From Octopus sinensis (Eukaryota), in contig NC_042999.1 of assembly GCF_006345805.1 (NCBI RefSeq), positions 162,254,001-162,318,000 on the forward strand: a stretch of 64,000 nt of DNA, read 5' to 3'. Of the stretch, positions 35,132-46,141 are shown piece after piece. The notes below the pieces were generated by a model. That model ran no database searches. It was given only the letters and a program-made list of their open reading frames with translations, and was not told the DNA's origin. Every line of letters starts with the position of its first letter. Positions within the stretch are counted from its first letter, which is position 1. The position numbers were made by a program, and so were the translations under genes.

Positions 35132-35332
35132 ATTATTAATACTATTATATTTACAGTATTCTATTTTATTTTTATATCCCCTCTGATGATATTTTGCCTA
35201 ATACAATGATATAATTATTGTAATTTAATCTTTTGGCAAAATTGAAACAGCTGTAAGAGAATATGTTGGATTTTTGCAGTTAATAAATTATATCAATGCT
35301 ACATCTCCATTTTCTGAATTTTCTTTATATCC

Positions 35333-35665
35333 GAGACCCCCTTCGGTCACGACACAGACCATGGGATTGCACCTAGAAAGTTACCCTCCCAGGCACAAGT
35401 TCGGGCAAGGTTGTTTATGGAAGGCCAGCAGTCGCCCATGCATACCAGCCTCCCCTCTCCACGCCACCAGTGTTATCCAAGGGAAAGTCAAAGATTGATA
35501 CAGCTTGGCACCTGTGACGTCGCAACTCATTTCTACAGCTGAGTGAACTGGAGCAACGTGAAATAAAGTGCCTTACTCAAGAACACAACACGCAGCCCGG
35601 TCCAGGATTCGAGCTCACAACCTCACAATCGTAAACTCGACGCTCTAACCACTGAGTCATGCGCC
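35333..35665 (-). mobile_element. tRNA-derived SINE family D
   Basis: A box TGACTCAGTGG, B box GCTCGAATCC and a CORE-like TCTTGAGTAAGGCAC. Homolog at 38110-38446. Confidence 0.88.
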
Positions 35666-35671
35666 TTCATG

Positions 35672-35704
<33 letters not shown>

Positions 35705-35714
35705 GACAAGACAA

Positions 35715-35950
35715 GCTTTCTAGTGCTGGGTAATAATCCTTTCTACTATAGGCACATGGCCTGGAATTTTGGGGGAGGGAGATAGTCGATTACATCAACC
35801 CCAGTACTCAACTGGATCTTAATTTATCGATCCCAAAAGAATGAAAGGCAAAGTCAACTTTGACTGAATTTGAATTCAGAACATAGCAACAGACAAAATA
35901 CTGCTAAGCATTTCACTCAGCATGCTAACGATTCTGCCAGCTCACCACCT
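35715..35950 (-). mobile_element. SINE family C, older variant
   Basis: Degenerate homology to 31265-31497. Confidence 0.7.
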
Positions 35951-37162
35951 TAAGTGTTAGGTAATAATAAAATGCATACAATATATTATGTATGATGGTT
36001 GGCGGTAGGAAGAACAACCTGCAATAGAAACCATCTAAAAACACTTAACATACCAGCAAGACATGATCCTCAATGTATCTAAACACAATGTATGTGTATG
36101 TATGTATATATGTATATGTATGTATACACGCATTCAAATACATACACGTGTGTGAATGAGTTTGAATTATTGAACCACAATAACAACTATTATTACTAAC
36201 TGCCAGAATTTATACTTCACTATCATATAGCAATCATGGTTTGTTTTGAATGAAAGGTTTGAGTTATTGCTTAAATGTAATTGTTTCAAAAAAGTCCTTT
36301 GAACGGTGTTTTAATGGTTTTGCAGCTGTTGAATCATCCACATTGAGATGTTGATCTCTTGGCTCATGTGCAGGGTGTCTAGTTTTACTACTGTTTTGTT
36401 TATATGCTGTCATTTTCAATTTTAGTTTTCACACAGTTCATAATGTGCATTATCACAGTAGCTTTATCTACTTTTCTGAGAAAAATACTTTGGAAAAAAA
36501 TTTCAGAATATCTTTTTATGATCAAAAGATAGATTATTATTCCCTTAAGAACAAAGAATCCAACAATATAAACCATATTTTTATATATATCATTCCTATA
36601 TTTCTCACACATGCATGGAATATTTGTTAAAACTGATAAATCCTGCTTTGCTAATGTTACCAAAATATCAATTTAAAACTTGTGACTGAATTTCAATGAC
36701 AAGTGCAGGATCTACAGTGGCTGTTATTTCTATCGTGAAAATAATAATAAAAATAGAGAGAATTAATGAATTCTCATCTCTGTCACATTGTTAAATCATT
36801 ATGCATGCCTAGATTATTTCCAGACTGGATATAAGTAATTCTTTGTTAGCGTTTGTTGGCCAAGCATCAATAAACTATTCCACATTCAGAATGCTACACT
36901 CTATCTTGTATTGAATATGCATAGTTGTAAAACTATCAGATATTGCTGATTAAAACATCTAACAGCAACATAAGCAAATCTTACTTGATACTATTTTGAA
37001 ATTCCTTCATGTTAATTTTTTTCAAATGTAATACACTGTTGTTCTCCAATCATAAATTCTTCACAATACTGAAGGATTGCATTCCTAAAAACTCTGCAGT
37101 AAAGTAGCATTCCTTAATGTAATTTATATTTCCCATTGACTTCCATGTTATAAATTGAGATG

Positions 37163-37548
37163 AGAGGCGCAATGGCCCAGTGGTTAGGGCAGCGGACTCG
37201 CGGTCGTAGGATCGCGGTTTCGATTCCCAGACCGGGCGTTGTGAGTGTTTATTGAGCGAAAACACCTAAAGCTCCACGAGGCTCCGGCAGGGGATGGTGG
37301 TGGACCCTGCTGTACTCTTTCACCACAACTTTCTCTCACTCTTACTTCCTGTTTTTTTTGTACCTGTATTTCAAGGGTCCGGCTTTGTCACTCTCTGTGT
37401 CACGCTGAATATCCCCGAGAACTACATTAAGGGTACACGTGTCTGTGGAGTGCTCAGCCACTTACACGTTAATTTCACGAGCAGGCTGTTCCGTTGATTC
37501 GGATCAACCGGAACCCTCGTCGTCGTAACCGACGGACTGCTTCCATAC
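37163..37548 (+). mobile_element. SINE family B
   Basis: 13-bp TSD ATAAATTGAGATG at 37150-37162 and 37549-37561. Confidence 0.93.
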
Positions 37549-38109
37549 ATAAATTGAGATGTATTCCAATGGAATTTTTTCAGAAAAATTGGAATACGAA
37601 CACTTTTATACACATACACACACACACACACGAAAGCTGTTTTTAAACTAATTCAGGATTAGATAAGAATAAACTTTTAACACTCAAATGATCTTTGTGT
37701 TTGTTAGCACATTATATCTAGTCAACTCATTGATCCATACACTCAAGAATTGTTCTGTATCAAGCAATATATCAGGTCTAAGTAAGTGTCTGGGCAGTAA
37801 TGGAATAACCTTTTTAAATCATTATGTTTAATGTCCAACATAATCTCTTTACAACTCCTTTTCAAAGTATGGCTTTCACTTCCACCGATGGCTTCTTTCC
37901 AATCATCTTGAATAGGGATAATGCACTAAACTGTATGTACTGCATATTTTTAAAAGTTAAGTCCAACACTAGTAGTGGTAAACAAGAAATTTATGCTGCT
38001 GCTGTGATAGTGGAGAAAATCTTACAGAAACAATTATAAGGAGGAAATCCACACAAAATATATTTTATTTCTAAAAAAGAATTTTATGTATTTTTATATA
38101 TATAAATTA

Positions 38110-38446
38110 GGCACATGGCTCAGTGGCTTGAGCGTTGAGCTTACGATCGTGAGATTGTGAGTTTGAATCCTGGACTAGGCTGCATGTTGTGTTCTTGAGC
38201 AAGACACTTTATTTCACGTTGCTCCAGTTCACTCAGCTGCAGAAATGAGTTGCAATGTCACTGGTGCCAAGCAGTATCAGCCTTTGCCTTTGCTTTTCCC
38301 TTGGATAACACTGGTGGCATGGAGAAGGGAGGCCAGTATGCATGGGCGACTGCTTGTCTTCCATAAACAACCTTGCCCGAACTTGTGCCTGAGAGGGTAA
38401 CTTTCTAGGTGCAATCCGATGATCAGTCATGACCAAAGGGGGTCTC
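38110..38446 (+). mobile_element. SINE family D
   Basis: Reverse homolog of 35333-35665. Confidence 0.88.
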
Positions 38447-38479
38447 AGCAGGCATACCAAAAACCGATGTATTTTCAAG

Positions 38480-39239
38480 TTGAAATGAATCCATGTAAAG
38501 TATGAGGAACTTTATCTGAGAGGCTTAATAGACCTTGGTCCACTGTACAAGATCATCTCAAGCAGACTCAAGGGAATGGGGAGACTTCTTGAGCTGTCCA
38601 CCAAGAATATAGTATTAAGTTCAATAATTTGCTCATGAAGACTGCACTGAAAATCCAGTTCCAACATTCAACTAAAATATACACTCAGAGAAGGTTTTGC
38701 TGTATGTTTCATGGAATATAATTGATATTGATATTGTTCCCTTTGAATTATTGGAACAAGGGGAAAGTATCACCACAAAACTTTATAGTCAACCACTTGA
38801 ACATATCAATCAAGTTTTACTGAAGAAACAACCAGCTTTAGTCAACAGAAAGGAAGTCATCTTGCAACATGATAATGTCTGACCATATTTAGCAAAGGAA
38901 AGGTAAATTCATTGGACTTCGAACTTCTACCTCTCACTCCCTATTCACCAGACTTAGTACCATCAGATTTTCCCTTATTCAAGTCACTTGAACACTTCAT
39001 CATGGAAAAAAACATTCAGAATCAGGGACCATGTTGAAACAGCACTGTACACATTTTTCTCTTCTAAAGAACCTGATTATTTTTGCTCAAATAATCAGGA
39101 AACTAATTTTGAGGTGGGGAAATGTTATTGTTAATAGTGGCAATTATATTTTGAATGAATAAATATTTTTATGATATGTTTTATGCTGATTTGAACTCAT
39201 TACAAGAAATGTGACATTACATTTCAGTACCCTTAATAT
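38480..39239 (+). pseudogene. Mariner transposase remnant
   Basis: Reads KVLLYVSWN..FELLEQGESITTKLYSQPLEHINQVLLKKQPALVNRKEVILQHDNV..PYSPDLVPSDFPLFKSLEHF. Confidence 0.88.
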
Positions 39240-39291
39240 ATATATATATACAACTATATAATATACATATATACAACTATATAACTAGCTC

Positions 39292-40833
39292 TTCCAAGTG
39301 TGCCTATATCAGATAAGCTGGACATCAACACCTCCCCTTTTACCATATTTGAACTAACAGCAGCCACTAAACAACTGAAAGCCTTTAAAGCATTTGGTCC
39401 CGACAACATCCCAGTTATAATTTCACGTACTTTTGCTCAATCTTTGCAATCATACACTTTCCACTTTTATAGCTCCAAAGATTTGGCACCAATCTCAAAT
39501 CATTCCAATACCCAAAAAAGGTGATTTATCCCTCGCCACTAACTACAGGGGTATATCTCTAATGTCAATTGCTGCAAAATTGCATGACAAACAGATTCTA
39601 AACCGTCTCGTCCCTTTTGTTGAACCTTTGCTCTGAAAGAACCAAAATGGATTCAGACATGGGCGCTCAATGTTGGGCCAAATACTATGCCTACGCAGAC
39701 TCATTGAAGAATCAAAAGCATTTAATCGCGATCTTGCAATGGTGTTTGTAGATCTTTTTAAAGCATTCAACTCTGTAGATAGGTACAAGATGTTTGAAAT
39801 CCTTAAGCTCTATGGGATTCCAGACTAAAATCATCTCTGCCATCAAGGTCCTCTCCACAGATACATCTTCAACCATCTTAACCCCCGATGGGGAAACATC
39901 ATCTTTCTCAATCAAAGCCGGAATACTGCAGGGAGACACACTCGCCCCATTTCTCTTCATCATTGTCGTTGACTACATGCTACGTATGTCAGTTGATACC
40001 ATTTCTGGTAAGGGCTTTGAAATAAACCCTAGAAGAAGTTCCAGACACCCAGCTGAATACTTAACAGACACTGACTTTGCTGACGACATCGCTCTTATCA
40101 GTGATTCTCTCTCCAATGCCCAGTCTCTTTTACAATCTCTTGAACACGCCTCAAATTGTGTAGGTCTTTACCTCAATGAGTCCAAGACTGAATATGTAAA
40201 CAAGTGCCTGTCCAACAGTGATTTCATCATCCATACTCTCAACATGATGCTCTTAAATATGGCTTCTGATTACAAATATCTTGGGTCATACATATCATCA
40301 TCTGAAAAAGATTTTCTAACTAGAAAGGGTATGGCCTGATCAGCCTGTAATGATATGCATAAGATCTGGTCATCAAATCTAAGTAGAGATTTCAAACTTG
40401 AAATCTTCAAAGCCACAGTCAAACCAATTCTGCTATATGGCTCAGAAACCTGAACGTTATCAAAGAAGCTTCAAAGGCGGTTGGCTGGAACATACACTCG
40501 CCTCCTTATGAGAGCTCAAAATCTCTCATGGAGGCACCATCCAACCAAAGTACAAATATATGGGAAACTACCACCTGTATCATCTCTTGTGAAAGGTAGA
40601 AGAGTCAAGTTTGCTGGACATTGTTATAGAGCTGAAAACAAGCTAATTTCTTCTCTTCTCCTCTGGAAGCCATCTGCTTGCGATACCAGAGGGTGCACAC
40701 TCTCCTACCCTGATGTAATCTCCAGAGATACAGGCATCCAGCAACAGGACCTCCGTAATGCTATGATGGACCGTGAAGTCTGGCGTAGCATGGTAAATTC
40801 CATTGTCTCGACCACGGTTGAACAAAATAAAAA
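39292..40833 (+). mobile_element. 5'-truncated RTE-B LINE (RT to 3' end), pseudogenised
   Basis: GPDNIP..NYRGISL..QNGFR..QGDTLAPFLF..DFADDIAL..LLYGSET..FAGHCYR. 11-bp TSD ATAACTAGCTC at 39281-39291 and 40834-40844. Confidence 0.93.
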
Positions 40834-41085
40834 ATAACTAGCTCCATAAACATTCAAATGCTCGTACAGAGTATCTTTTGTTTTTAATTGTTTCAGTCAT
40901 TGGTGCTGCCAGGGCACCACTTTGAAGGGTTTAGTTGAAAAAATCAACTCCAAAAGTCTGGCACTTATTCTATTGATCCCTTTTGTCAAACTTCAAAGTT
41001 AAGAGATGTAAAGAAACCAACGCTGGTTGCTAAGCAGTGGTGGGAGACAAACACAAACACCCACCACCCATCCACATCACATATA

Positions 41086-41464
41086 CTCTTTACTCTTTTA
41101 CTTGTTTCAGTCATTTGACTGCAGCCATGCTGGAGCACCGCCTTTAGTCGAGCAAATCGACCCTGGGACTTATACTTTCGGTCTCTTTTGCCGAACCGCT
41201 AAGTGACGGGGACGTAAACACACCAGCATCGGTTGTCAAGCAATGCTAGGGGAACAAACACAGACACACAAACACACACACATACACATATATATATATA
41301 CGACAGGCTTCTTTCAGTTTCCGTCTACCAAATCCACTCACAAGGCATTGGTCGGCCTGGGGCTATGGCAGAAGACACTTGCCCAAGATGCCACGCAGTG
41401 GGACGGAACCCAGAACCATGTGGCTGGTTAGCAAGCTACTTACCACACAGCCACTCCTGCGCCT
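41086..41464 (-). mobile_element. SINE family A
   Basis: Homology to the other family A copies. Confidence 0.92.
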
Positions 41465-41484
41465 ATATAATTATAATTACAATG

Positions 41485-41738
41485 AGAGTTAATCTAGAAA
41501 TGCAGTTTGGTTTTGTGTCATGGAGAACCACTACTGATGCTCTCTTCATAGAACAGCAACTGCAGGAGAAGCATTTAGCAAAAGGCAAACCACTAGAGAA
41601 AGCCTTTGACAGGTTGCCTTACTCACTCTTATGGTGGTTGCTGCAGAAGCTAAGATTAGATGAATGGCTAGTGAGAGCTGTTTGAGTCATGTTCAGAGAT
41701 GCTGTTAGCAAAGTAAGAGTTAACAATGAGTACAGCAC
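41485..41738 (+). pseudogene. RTE RT fragment
   Basis: Reads MQFGFV..TTTDALF..QLQEKHLAKGKPL..EKAFDR..DEWLVRAV. Confidence 0.85.
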
Positions 41739-41834
41739 CAATGGCAACAATACTGGAGCAACAATAACATCTCCAAGCCTGGAGCAAACCAAAGACACAC
41801 CAATAGTGTGAGCACAACCAATACCCAAGCCTGG

Positions 41835-42156
41835 AAATACATCAGGTCGGCTAGAACAGCTTTCAAGCGACGCCTGTACAACCACAGGTCCTTGTTCGGG
41901 ATCCCGGAAAGCTGATTCTTCACATCCCTGCCCAGCCACATGTGGTGCCTCACAGATGAAGGGACCCCACACGATATCAAGTGGAAGATCCTAGAGCAGC
42001 CGGGACCCTACATTAATGGGAGCAAATGCGGCAAGATTTGTATTGCTGCGTGAGCAAGGATGCTCAAAGATTTCCTGAAACCTGGACCACTGAATACTCA
42101 CCAAGAGATTTACATTCCTAGCATCCATTTCAAACGCTATCTGCTGAAAGCATAGA
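41835..42156 (+). pseudogene. Penelope-like GIY-YIG endonuclease C-terminal fragment
   Basis: Reads KYIRSARTAFKRRLYNHRSLF..HMWCL..DIKWKILE..PY..CGKIC..LN..EIY..HFKRYLL*. Confidence 0.8.
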
Positions 42157-42205
42157 ATTCCCCATTCTCCAAGTAGACCTGGAAGGGTCCTTACAATCTA
42201 GAAGC

Positions 42206-42242
<37 letters not shown>

Positions 42243-42769
42243 CATCTATACATATTCATGTATACTTATACAGCTATACATATACATGTATTCATATACA
42301 TCTATATATATATATATATATATACATACACATCTATACATATTCATGTATACATATACAGCTATATATATACATAATATACATAATATATATATTATAT
42401 ATATATGTATATATGTATGATTGTATATATGCGAGATAATAGTTTCACTTTAATAGTTTCAATATCAAAGTGAAAGTATTAAAGTGAAAGCATCTGACAT
42501 TGCAATAGAGAGATTTTATTGTTTCCCTTTTAACATGTAATACTGAAATAGTGGAGGAGATATGATATTGCTCTGGGCTCACACTAGGTAAGAAGTTAAA
42601 AAATTTTGGGGGCCTATAACACTACATGGACATGTGTAAGGCATGTGTAAAATTTGAATGAAATTGGTTGTGTAGTTCTCAAGTTTTAGAGATTCACACA
42701 TACAGAGAGAGAGAGAGAGAGAGAGAGACACACACACACACACATTCTCAGCTTTATATGTATATGTGG

Positions 42770-42920
42770 AAGCATGTGACTTAGTGGTTAGAGTGTCAGC
42801 ATCATGATTGTAAGATTGTGGTTTGATTCCTGGACCGGGCAACGTGTTGTGTTCTTGAGCAAAACACTTCATTTCACGTTGCTCTAGTCCACTAAGCTAG
42901 CAAAAATGAGCAACACTGCA
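42770..42920 (+). mobile_element. SINE (family D-like head), interrupted by a templated insertion
   Basis: TGACTTAGTGG, GGTTTGATTCC and TCTTGAGCAAAACACTT motifs. Confidence 0.7.
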
Positions 42921-42921
42921 C

Positions 42922-43023
42922 TAGACTAGTGTTGCAACGTGGAACAGCAACCAATATCTTGGCCTATGTCCCTCAGCTGGGACTATCTGATGAACAGAAA
43001 GACTGATTTTATGACACTCTTTC
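42922..43023 (+). repeat. 102-bp inverted duplicate of 44868-44969
   Basis: One mismatch in 102 bp by eye. Confidence 0.9.
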
Positions 43024-43084
43024 GCAAACTAGTGCAGTCTTATCTCATGCACACAACATCTGATGTCGCTTATACTTAGTTTTC

Positions 43085-45290
43085 CTCTTAAATAATTTAT
43101 ACTCTGTCGTGCATGCACACTGATATTACCCACCCAGTAAAGCATGTGAACTTCATTTCTTTTAAGTCCTCTGTAGTCAAAGCCCATGTTTCACTTCCAT
43201 GTAACATAGCTGTATGTACACAGGCATCATACAATCTGCCTTTCACTCTGAGGGTGAGGCCCTTAGTTATCAACAAAGGTAGAAGATCTCTGAAATTTGC
43301 CCATCCTGTTCTTATTCTAGCAACTACACTTCCAGAACTTCCTCCACTACTGCTACATTGGTCTCCTAGGTAACAGAAGCTATTTACTACTTCAAATGAT
43401 ACCCCTGAGCATTTGAGGGAGCCTATTGTCTGTGCATTTTTAGTGCTTATTGTACCTGCACATTTGCCACACACAGACTATATTCTCTGTGAACCTTCCT
43501 GTGATACCTCTTATATGTCCAAAGCTTGCATTGGGTACAATGTATGGAGTTTCTACAACACCCTTCTTACATATTGAGCAGGGCCATCTCCCAGGAGGGA
43601 CTTGTGATTTGTCTGTTTTCTTACTTACTTGGATTTTGGCTTTTGCTAAATTAGCTCTAAGGCCCTTAAATTCCAGGTCATGTTTCCACACCTGAAATTT
43701 CTTCTCTAGGTCAGGTAGGGATTCAGCTTTAAGAACAAGGTCATCAGTATAGAGGATCTTTCAAGGCAGCTTTCTTGAATTCCCTTATTAAGGCCTGAGG
43801 GACTAAGATAAACAGGAGGGGGATGAGAACTAAGCTTTGGTGAACTCCTACTTGTACACTGAATTCATTGCCAACCCTCACCTTACTGGCATCATCCTTG
43901 TACATGGCTTGTACAACTCTCACTAACCACTCATCTAACCCTAGCTCTTGCATTGACCACCAGATAAGAGAATGGGGGCTCCCATCAAAGCCTTTCATAA
44001 TGGCATTTCCAAGCATCTTTTTTTGCACAATTGTTAAATGTAAGTGAACCTTCATCCATGCAGACACATTTCTCTCTTATGACATCATGATTTTCTCTCA
44101 CACACTGTCTTGCAATCCAAAACATTTCAATCTAAAACATTTCTAGTCCTCACATCACAGAACATTGACAAACTTCTTCTTTTGTTCCTCCCCTGGCTAA
44201 ATATATGTCTCCTTCTCTTCTGGTCATCTGATACAGTTCCTGGCTACCATCTTTCTAGGCCTGTTTCTTTTCACTAATGGCTTTGTCAACTACACTGTTC
44301 CACCACCATGTCACCTTAGGTCAAAAAGGGACTTTGCACCAGTCACAAATTTGGTCAGTGGCCCTCAACAGGTTGTCCCGTAGGAACCTCCAGTTGTCCT
44401 TCACATTATATGTCACTATATTCTCCTCTTTTTTGTCAAATGCTTCAAGTAACACCTCTCTAAATCTCTGAACATTGAGTGAATCCTTAAGCTTCCAGAT
44501 CTTTCTTTTCCACACTGGTTGTCTCCTAGGCAACCTTTTAGCCCTGATCCTGAAGTCAACCAACCTATGTTGGAGGACACATTCTTCATTTGAGAAAGTT
44601 TTGGCATTTATAAGCAGCCATCTTTCCCATTTTCTGGTAAGAATGTAGCCAATCTGACTAATGTGTCCACCAGATTGATAAGTGAACAGGTGACTGGCAG
44701 GTTTCCTGAAGTCAGTATTGCAAATCATAAGGTCATTTGCATCACAGAACTCCAGCGACCTGGTTCCCTCCTCTTTACAGGAACCAAACCTGTTGCCACC
44801 ATGCACACCATGGAGGCCACCCAAATGTTGTCCAACATGCCCACTGAATTCGCCAGTCACAAAGTGTGAAAGAGTGTCATAAAATCAGTCTTTCTGTTCA
44901 TCAGATAGTCCCAGCTGAGGGACATAGGCCAAGATATTGGTTGCTGTTCCACCTTGCAACACTAGTCTAAGCTTCAGTATTCTATCATACACTCTGACTA
45001 CTTCAATTACCTTATCAACCCATTTCTTAACAAGGAAGTATTCTCACACCCCTGACCCCATCACTTCTCTACCCAGAAGATTTTATATCTATGTTCTTTG
45101 CCTTTGAGAAACCTAGCAGAACCTTCTCTCCACCTTACTGATGTGGAAGGTGTGGGCTGGAGGGGGGAGACACAGGGATGGGGGACAGTGTTCTGCATCT
45201 GAAAAGGAAGCTTGCATGTATGTTTGGCTGACATATCACAGAAGTACAAATAAGTTTCAACCTGCATTTACTTCACCACCATTTCATTAC
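43085..45290 (-). mobile_element. Decayed RTE LINE (endonuclease, RT and C-terminal fragments)
   Basis: VRWREGSARFL..KIFW, GHVGQH..EFCDANDLMICNT, DEWLVRVVQAMY..QVGVHQ and RLYDACVHTAMLHGSETW, with many deletions. Confidence 0.9.
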
Positions 45291-46141
45291 CAAATTCACT
45301 CGTTAGGCATTAGTTAGCCCAAGGCCATAGCAGAAGATACTTGCCCAAGGTGCCACGCAGTGGGACTGAACCCAAAGCTTCTTAACTACACAACAATGCC
45401 CACACACTTTTCATACAGAAGAAATCCACCATCAACATGTCAAAATTATTTGTCATTAAATGTTAGGCCATTTCACATAAAATATTGACAGAACAAAATA
45501 CATGGATACACCCACTGCAACTACTTACAGTAATATAGTGGAAATGTAATGGACAAAAACCAAAAGAAAGACAAACTAAACCAGGAAGAACAGTACTTAG
45601 AAGAAGGAGTCTCAAAGACTTCCTCTTTTTTAAGTGTTAAACTAATACAATATCTGTTAAAATTGCCTTCCTCCGTTGTCTTTTGCCTTTTTATTTTGTT
45701 GTTCATTACATTTCCAATATATTTCTAATGCTTAAGTGAACCTCTCACACATACATACACACACACACATATAAGTAATGTAAAATTATTGTCAGTTGTG
45801 GCAGGATTGATTTGATAAGCTTGTTGGTGGTGAAACAATAAGTACTTCTGTTTCAGTCAACTATAATCTTGAATTACTGATATATAGCCACACATTCCAT
45901 ACACACATAGTTTTAATGCAATCCCCATATAATGATAAATCCTCTTGTGATGTTGCAACATCATAGAGGCCATGCAAAAATATGTCAATTTCTGAGCTAA
46001 TTATAAGTAGCAGTGCTTGGCTCCTTTCCAATGAGTGAGAGATAAATCCCTATCTTGGAAGACTATATAGAATATATATGATTTCAACAACATTTTCAGA
46101 TTTTCAGAAACCTGACTGTAGCATGCATAATTAATAAATAT

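Larger units (their letters stand above)
32300..35250 (-). pseudogene. Highly decayed Penelope-like element, interrupted by SINE A and CR1
   Basis: Minus strand at about 32510-32370 reads KCDCRIKNNCLF*NSCKSKNVIYQCTII...YIGLTEN, the PLE Cys motif plus GIY-YIG. Weaker RT-thumb and linker similarity at 32560-33480. Confidence 0.7.

Noticed and set aside
31640-35250. Possible nuclear mitochondrial insertion (AT-rich, G/T-skewed)
   Set aside because: The frames I tried gave no mitochondrial protein, rRNA or tRNA motif, while the minus strand carries Penelope Cys/GIY-YIG motifs.
42986-43000. CTGATGA...GAAA as another hammerhead
   Set aside because: It is RTE endonuclease coding sequence (LSDEQKD) with no stem I, II or III complementarity.
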